Of a stretch of 25,398 bases of DNA, positions 20,161 to 25,398 are shown in pieces; the first letter of the stretch is position 1, and each line of letters starts with the position of its first letter. Made by a program: the position numbers and the translations under genes. The DNA is from Catajapyx aquilonaris (Eukaryota), in assembly GCA_000934665.2 (NCBI GenBank), contig JYFJ02001206.1, positions 62,001-87,398 on the forward strand. Reading direction: 5' to 3'. The notes under the pieces were generated by a model. It did not search any database. It saw only the letters and a program-made list of their open reading frames with translations, and was not told where the DNA came from.

Positions 20161-22538
20161 TTATGCTTTGCTCTCTTCTTGCAACGGATTGTAAGGAATC
20201 CCCATTTTGTCTTGGGAGTTTGTCTTTCTCCGAGGACAAACTTCCTTCAGTCCAGAGAAACGCCACGTCTGTGAAATGTAGGCACAATGTAGGTATGTAA
20301 GTTTTAGGCGGATTCAGTAAAACACATTATCAATAGCATGCAACAAAATATGGTACAGCATAAACTTACCACCGCCAAGAAGACTATTATTGACATTAAT
20401 ATTGTCATCGTTATGTAAATTGTGATCAACACAGGCGAATGCTCCAATGTGTCTGGGACGAACCGTTCTGAAAAGGCGAAAAGAAAATTAATGATTGATT
20501 CGTTTGCAACTGTTGGAATATCACGTAAACAGCCAAGTACCTTGGGTTGTGTCAATGTACACGTCGCTGTAATTTCTTTTGCAAGCAAATGGAAGTTTGT
20601 GAAAGCAATTGAAATCGTATAGCTGTCCATTCTTGATTGCTCCACAGTCTTCTTCGCAGTCGTCACACGGCTCTTCTTCTTGCTCTTCCCCTTCGGCGGA
20701 CCTAACACAAAGAAGGTACACTGGAGTGTGAAACAGAACTGTGTACTATATTGTGTACTAGGCACCAACTTGCCAAAATTTGGCAAAAAAATTAGGCATC
20801 GAAGCGACATCCGATGGTGAAGTGCGGAAATAAGTGCATGAGTAAGCGAGTCCAGGAGGTGGCGCCCTGGCGCCCGGAACGGCGAAATTGGGAATTCCGT
20901 GGTAGTGCTGTCGTGGGTTGTTTTTTTGTGGTTCACAAGGTCCCTGGCCCCTTTTTCCAAAAATCAAAAGTGGTTTGCAAATATAGAAAACTCGGGCAAA
21001 ATTTAGAGACCACGCCCAGGGTACATTTTGTGAGCTCCCTAGGGGGGGGGGGGGATTTATGTCAAGGATCACCATTGGATCACCACCCTAGACGTCGTAG
21101 CCAGAGACGACCCAACTCTGCACGAGATAAAGGGGGAAAATACCGGGCTGGGGATCGAACCCGGGACCCTTACATCCGTGGGCGCATACGTCTCCCTGGT
21201 GCAAGAGCCACGAATACACTGATGTTTGAGGATTCTTACATAAAAGGTACGCCAGGATTTGCCTGCTTCCATTGCCATATCTCCGAGATGTTGTTGTCCC
21301 TTTGCAACCACCAAGATGTGCAATTACTCTGGTCGTGCAGGATGTAGTAATTAAGTACTCCCTGAAATGTATTCCAAAAGTTAAAAGTGTCCTTCCAAGT
21401 CTTCATAGGAGGCCTCTGACAGACCTTATGCACCCAAGTGTCAATCCTCACAAGAGACCACCTTCTTTTGGCACAAATCTCTTCAGCTTCATACCACGTC
21501 TTGGGAGTGTCAATGAAATCCAACGTGTTGTAGCTGAATGGCACCGGAAGGCTGGTTAGTTCTCCTGCATTGTTATAATAAATGAGTAGAAATTAATCAA
21601 AAATGAAACAATGTACTCCTCCTGAACAGGCCTTACCATCGCAGCAGGCGAAGCAAGCCTTCTTGTGACATGGAAGATCCTTGAATTCTCTCTTGATCTT
21701 GACGTACTCGACGCATCCTCTTGCTGGTGCACCGTTGTCAGGTTGGTTCTTACCCCATTCGCTGGAATAGCAACAAAACAACTTTGTATCTGATTGTTTT
21801 CAAATCATAGGTCGAAAATTGCTAAACACTAACGTGATGGATTCATTGACTGGAGTTCCGTCAATCCATCTCCATCGCAATTCGGTATCGTAGTCTGACA
21901 GTGCAACCCAATAATCGGTGTCGTTGTCAAGTAGACTCTGAAGCCATTCCTGTAAGGTCACACAAGTTATTACTCTTGATGTGGACATTCGGAAGACATG
22001 TGAAGTTAGAAGCTTGGCAGACATGCTCAATGCTGGATTCCACGACAAGAAGTTTGCTGTTGTTGGCTTCACATGCGGCGTGTGCATCTTCCCACGAATC
22101 TGGTGCATTGTTGTGGATGTAATAATTGTCGGATGAGCCAGGCCGTTGAATCCATCCTTGTGTCTGGGCGAGGGCTGGTGTTAATACACTTACAACTGTG
22201 AAGAGTATGGGCTACAACACTCCATAAGCTCGATACACCTAATATGAGTGGAAATAAATAGGTTTGCTACCTAAAATAGCCAATGCAAATTGAAAATCTG
22301 GCTTTCTTCCGTGTTTCTGCGACTTGGCAGAGTGGAAGAGAAAATATGCAGCGTAGTTCTTTGTTGCAGGCAATTTGTATTCCTCTTCCATGCCATTTGC
22401 ATTTCTCATCCCATTAGGGAGGAAACATTTGCAGGAAATTTGGACGCATATCTGCAACAAAAATCCATTACTAAAGCGTGGTAGCATTATTAGGACGATC
22501 ATCCGTGCGAGCAGTATGGCTATATAACATGGTGACAT
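20161..22538 (-). CDS. CTL receptor 7: signal peptide + two CTLDs (QPD motif in domain 1) + TM + short tail with ITIM-like IPYNPL
   Basis: Exons 22538-22472, 22195-22023, 21949-21834 (DYWVALSD..WRWIDG), 21761-21637 (WGKNQPDN..GCVE), 21564-21425, 21361-21240, 20701-20541, 20467-20370, 20268-20161. Confidence 0.88.
21025..21190 (-). mobile_element. Partial SINE of the same family as 10864-11188, in intron 6 of CTL receptor 7
   Basis: Minus strand acgtatgcgcccacggatgtaagggtcccgggttcgatccc..tctcgtgcagag..gtctctggct..gggagctcacaaaa aligns with 10888-11031. Ends are not resolved. Confidence 0.8.
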
Positions 22539-22593
22539 GAAAAGAACTGTCAGTCACATTTAGGTTGAAATTGTGTAATATCAAGAAGGAATA

Positions 22594-23370
22594 CTATCCT
22601 CTTAGAATCTGGCATGACACTAGCAGTGTATAATATCTACAGTCTCTTACCACTGTAGGCATCCTTGCTCTTTTATTCTCTTCAAATGCATCGAAAAAAC
22701 TACTGGGTTTGTTCAAAACAAGTGCCATCGTCTTGTCAGGAGAAGAATCCATAGGCCGAATTGTATATGGCGATGATACCATATTTTTGAATAATTTGTA
22801 GGTTTGCATCAATTCTTCTGTTTTAATTAGCATCAAATACGATTTCAAAAGACCTTGGGACAAAAACACATCTTCTCCCAATCTGAACCAACTTCCATCA
22901 GATTGTTCTGGTGACAGGTACGGTGATGTTTCCTTCCCTCCAGTTTTCTCTCCCGCATTATCATCTCCGCTTCTTTTTATTATTAGTGCCATTTCTTTAT
23001 TCTGGTTTCCAACCTTTGAATCAGCTCTTTGGACTAAGGCACCACGATCTTTCCAAGTAGGAGCCGTTGCTTCTGGGTGAATAGAGTTATAGCGTATCCT
23101 GCAAAACAATTGTCATCAGATACCATTACAACCATAAATTTGTTGTGAAATTGACAATCTTCCTCACAAGCTGTTTCCTGATATGTTCTCATTGCTACCT
23201 TTCACCCCCATCATGATCACCATGTATCCCGCTTTCCCCGCCAGGTGCAAAGAGGATCTACCACCTGTGACACAGTCTCCAAAACTTCCACGTCCATCTT
23301 TGGCCTGCTCTTGCAAAAACCGGGGTTTAGTTGCCAGCATCAGCGGTGTATCAAAGGTACCTTCAGCCAT
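22594..23370 (-). CDS. Hypothetical two-exon protein with degenerate ankyrin-repeat-like segments (possible pseudogene)
   Basis: Exons 23370-23168 and 23098-22594 join in frame (TT|gtgagg..ttgcag|G). DTPLMLA and GRSSLHLAGKAGY resemble the ankyrin consensus G-TPLHLAA-G; the rest is unrecognised. Confidence 0.35.
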
Positions 23371-23560
23371 CTTTGTCTGACCTTGAAATGTGTTAATATT
23401 ACATGCATTTACAAAAAATCACAGCAAGTAGCGGCCATCTTTGTGCTCCGAGCACAACCCTAATTGCCCGGGTTTCTTTCGTCTCAAGTCGGGTTCGTCG
23501 GGTTCAATATACAGTAATTACCGAAGTTTGAATCAACACAGGCAATAATGAAACAAAACG

Positions 23561-23840
23561 ACCGAAGCAGTGGTAGCGGAGGGGATTTGGTATCCGACTG
23601 CTAATCGGGAGGTCCTGGGTTCGAACCCCGGAGGCCGGCGATCCTGACCTTGGTTTTCTGTGGTTTTCCAAGGTCGCTCCAGGAATAATTTCCGGGATCG
23701 TACCGTAATATAGGCCACAGCAGCTTCCCTCCTTTCCCTGTCCTGGAGGAGATGCGGGTCAGTCGGGGGTTTCTGACCCGCATCTAGGGGGCCATCTATG
23801 GCGAACGGACCCCCTGAGGGACTGCACACGACCCCCAACT
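23561..23840 (+). mobile_element. tRNA(Ser-like)-derived SINE of a different family
   Basis: A-box-like TGGTAGCGGAGGG, anticodon-like arm tccga-ctgctaa-tcggg, B box GGTTCGAACCC. Body ggttttctgtggttttcc..ccagg..ccgggatcgtacc..aggccacagcagcttcc resembles, from memory, the conserved core of arthropod SINEs such as Lm1/Talua/Ruka. No TSD found. Confidence 0.75.
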
Positions 23841-24650
23841 TGAGACATTGCACATGCACCAGAGCAATTCCACGTAAAAGTAAACATCTGGGACAAAAAT
23901 TGAAAATGACTTGTTGGCAATGTGTGATACGTCGTTGGAATCAGAAAGAACCCAAATTTCGGCTTCTGAAATATATTTTGACATGGAACCTGAACTAGTA
24001 AAAGAAATTGCACCTGAATGTGTTACATTGTGAATGCGAAGTTGTGCATGAAATCACATGAACTTTGACAGGCTTAAATGGGAACTTAAATAAAAATAAA
24101 TCCACTTTTCTTTGCACGGCGCTCAAGTCGAGGATGAAATGACCGCGTTCCTTGGTGGAGAAGGACAGTCATTCGACATAAATGGTTGATCTTGGCATCA
24201 AAAGTGGACTCCGCGCGGTGTGTGGGGTGTAGCGAAATAGATAAAAAAGTTTATGACAATGAGTGGGTTTTAGGGCAGTGGTGCTAGTTTTCAATATTCA
24301 TTGACTAGACACCGTGAGCAATGTCTCATGTGAATTGGAAGTCATAGAATGCCACCAATTTCTGCCAGCATTGATAAGGAAGTTGTTATGGGGTGTAACG
24401 TTACACCCCTCACGTGGCACGGGTATGGGGTGCAACATAATTATGCTCTATTCCCGTTTAAATGAAGTAGAGTCGTACATATTGGCACATTATGCTGAAA
24501 ATTGTCTGATTATCTATACCGTAATATTATACAGGCCTACTGTACGCATGGGTGAGGGAATTCCCCACTCAACACCTTTTACCAATCACCATCCTCTTGC
24601 ATGACATGACACATCATTCCACCTTCCTCTTACCCACTCCACTATGCGCG

Positions 24651-25054
24651 CACACACACACACCCATACACACACTCTTGTCTTGACTAAGGCGTGGGGA
24701 CGGACATTGATCACTTTTCACTGCGAGTGTAAACTGATCTAACCTAACCTAACCTAACCTAACCTAACCTTACCTTACCTAACCTAACCTTACCTAACCT
24801 ATCCTACCTAACCTACCCTACCCTAAGTAACCTAGGCTGAGAAAAATGGACTTTTGTGAAAACCTACAAATGAAAATAGTGGGGACATGTCCCCACTAAT
24901 TTACACATGTCCCCACTGTAATGGTACACTTCGCGTGTGTGAGACTGTGGGGACCGACAAATGTCCCCACAATTGGAACTGGTCCCCACAGCTACAGTAA
25001 AACCACAGACTTCCGTCCCCAGACCTTAGTCAAGACCTGATCACCCACACACAC
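24651..25054. mobile_element. (CA)n-flanked non-autonomous inverted-repeat element A with internal (CCTAA)n and GTCCCCAC repeats
   Basis: Arms 24680-24704 and 25012-25036 match 23/25 as inverted repeats. (CCTAA)n-like run at ~24739-24825. Multiple gtccccac/gtggggac copies. CA tracts on both sides. Confidence 0.7.
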
Positions 25055-25055
25055 C

Positions 25056-25340
25056 AACACAAACATATTATAATGTACTATCCTTGTGAGGATTTTCGAA
25101 AAATAAAAATTTAAAACTAACCTAACCTAACCTAACCTAACCTACAAAAAACACACGAAATTTTGGTGACATATATTTTGACAGTAAATATGAGGTATTT
25201 TTTCGATATTTCCCTATCCTTGTGAGGACTGTGTACCATATGAGGTCCTGAAAAAGTCCTCGTAAGGCAAGAGGTCCTCACAAGGATAGGGAAATTTCGA
25301 GAAAATTCCTCGCAAGGATAGGCAAGTCTGATCACACTCA
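25056..25340. mobile_element. Related inverted-repeat element B with internal (CCTAA)n and ATCCTTGTGAGGA repeats
   Basis: ctatccttgtgagga at 25078 and 25214, with inverted copies at ~25275-25289 and ~25307-25321. (CTAAC)n at 25117-25143. Right end caag.ctgatcac is shared with element A. Confidence 0.6.
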
Positions 25341-25398
25341 GTGAGTGTCCAATCCTAGAGCAGGAAAAACAGGATTAATCCTGCCCTATAGATTTAAT

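Noticed and set aside
20304..21347. Long ORFs 20304-20960 (-) and 20814-21347 (+)
   Set aside because: Composites of intronic repeat DNA and receptor 7 exons, mostly read out of frame or antisense.
24739..24825. True telomere
   Set aside because: The (CCTAA)n runs are short, degenerate and enclosed within inverted-repeat elements, with non-telomeric DNA beyond them.

Overview
Eukaryotic (invertebrate, probably arthropod) genomic DNA with short (~50-90 nt) spliceosomal introns. Seven tandem minus-strand genes, reconstructed by hand from GT-AG junctions and intron phase, encode type I membrane C-type-lectin-domain (CTLD) receptors. Six share a 2xCTLD + TM architecture and near-identical exon phases but have different cytoplasmic tails (ITIM-like, ITSM-like, PDZ-ligand or motif-less). 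The seventh has a single CTLD, a Thr-rich stalk and a long tail with 11 repeated tyrosine motifs and an SH3-ligand motif, but carries an apparent 1-bp frameshift. Two plus-strand genes for secreted Tyr/Glu/Gln/Lys-rich 'GYEQPKYE' repeat proteins lie head-to-head with two of the lectin genes and share an E-box/CCAAT/TATA promoter; each lectin + repeat-protein pair looks like a duplicated cassette. The window also holds four tRNA-derived SINEs (two with clear TSDs), several foldback/MITE-like palindromes, an (AAT)n microsatellite, two CA-flanked inverted-repeat elements containing TTAGG-type repeats, and a poorly supported ankyrin-like gene. All gene models are manual and unverified by transcripts or database searches.
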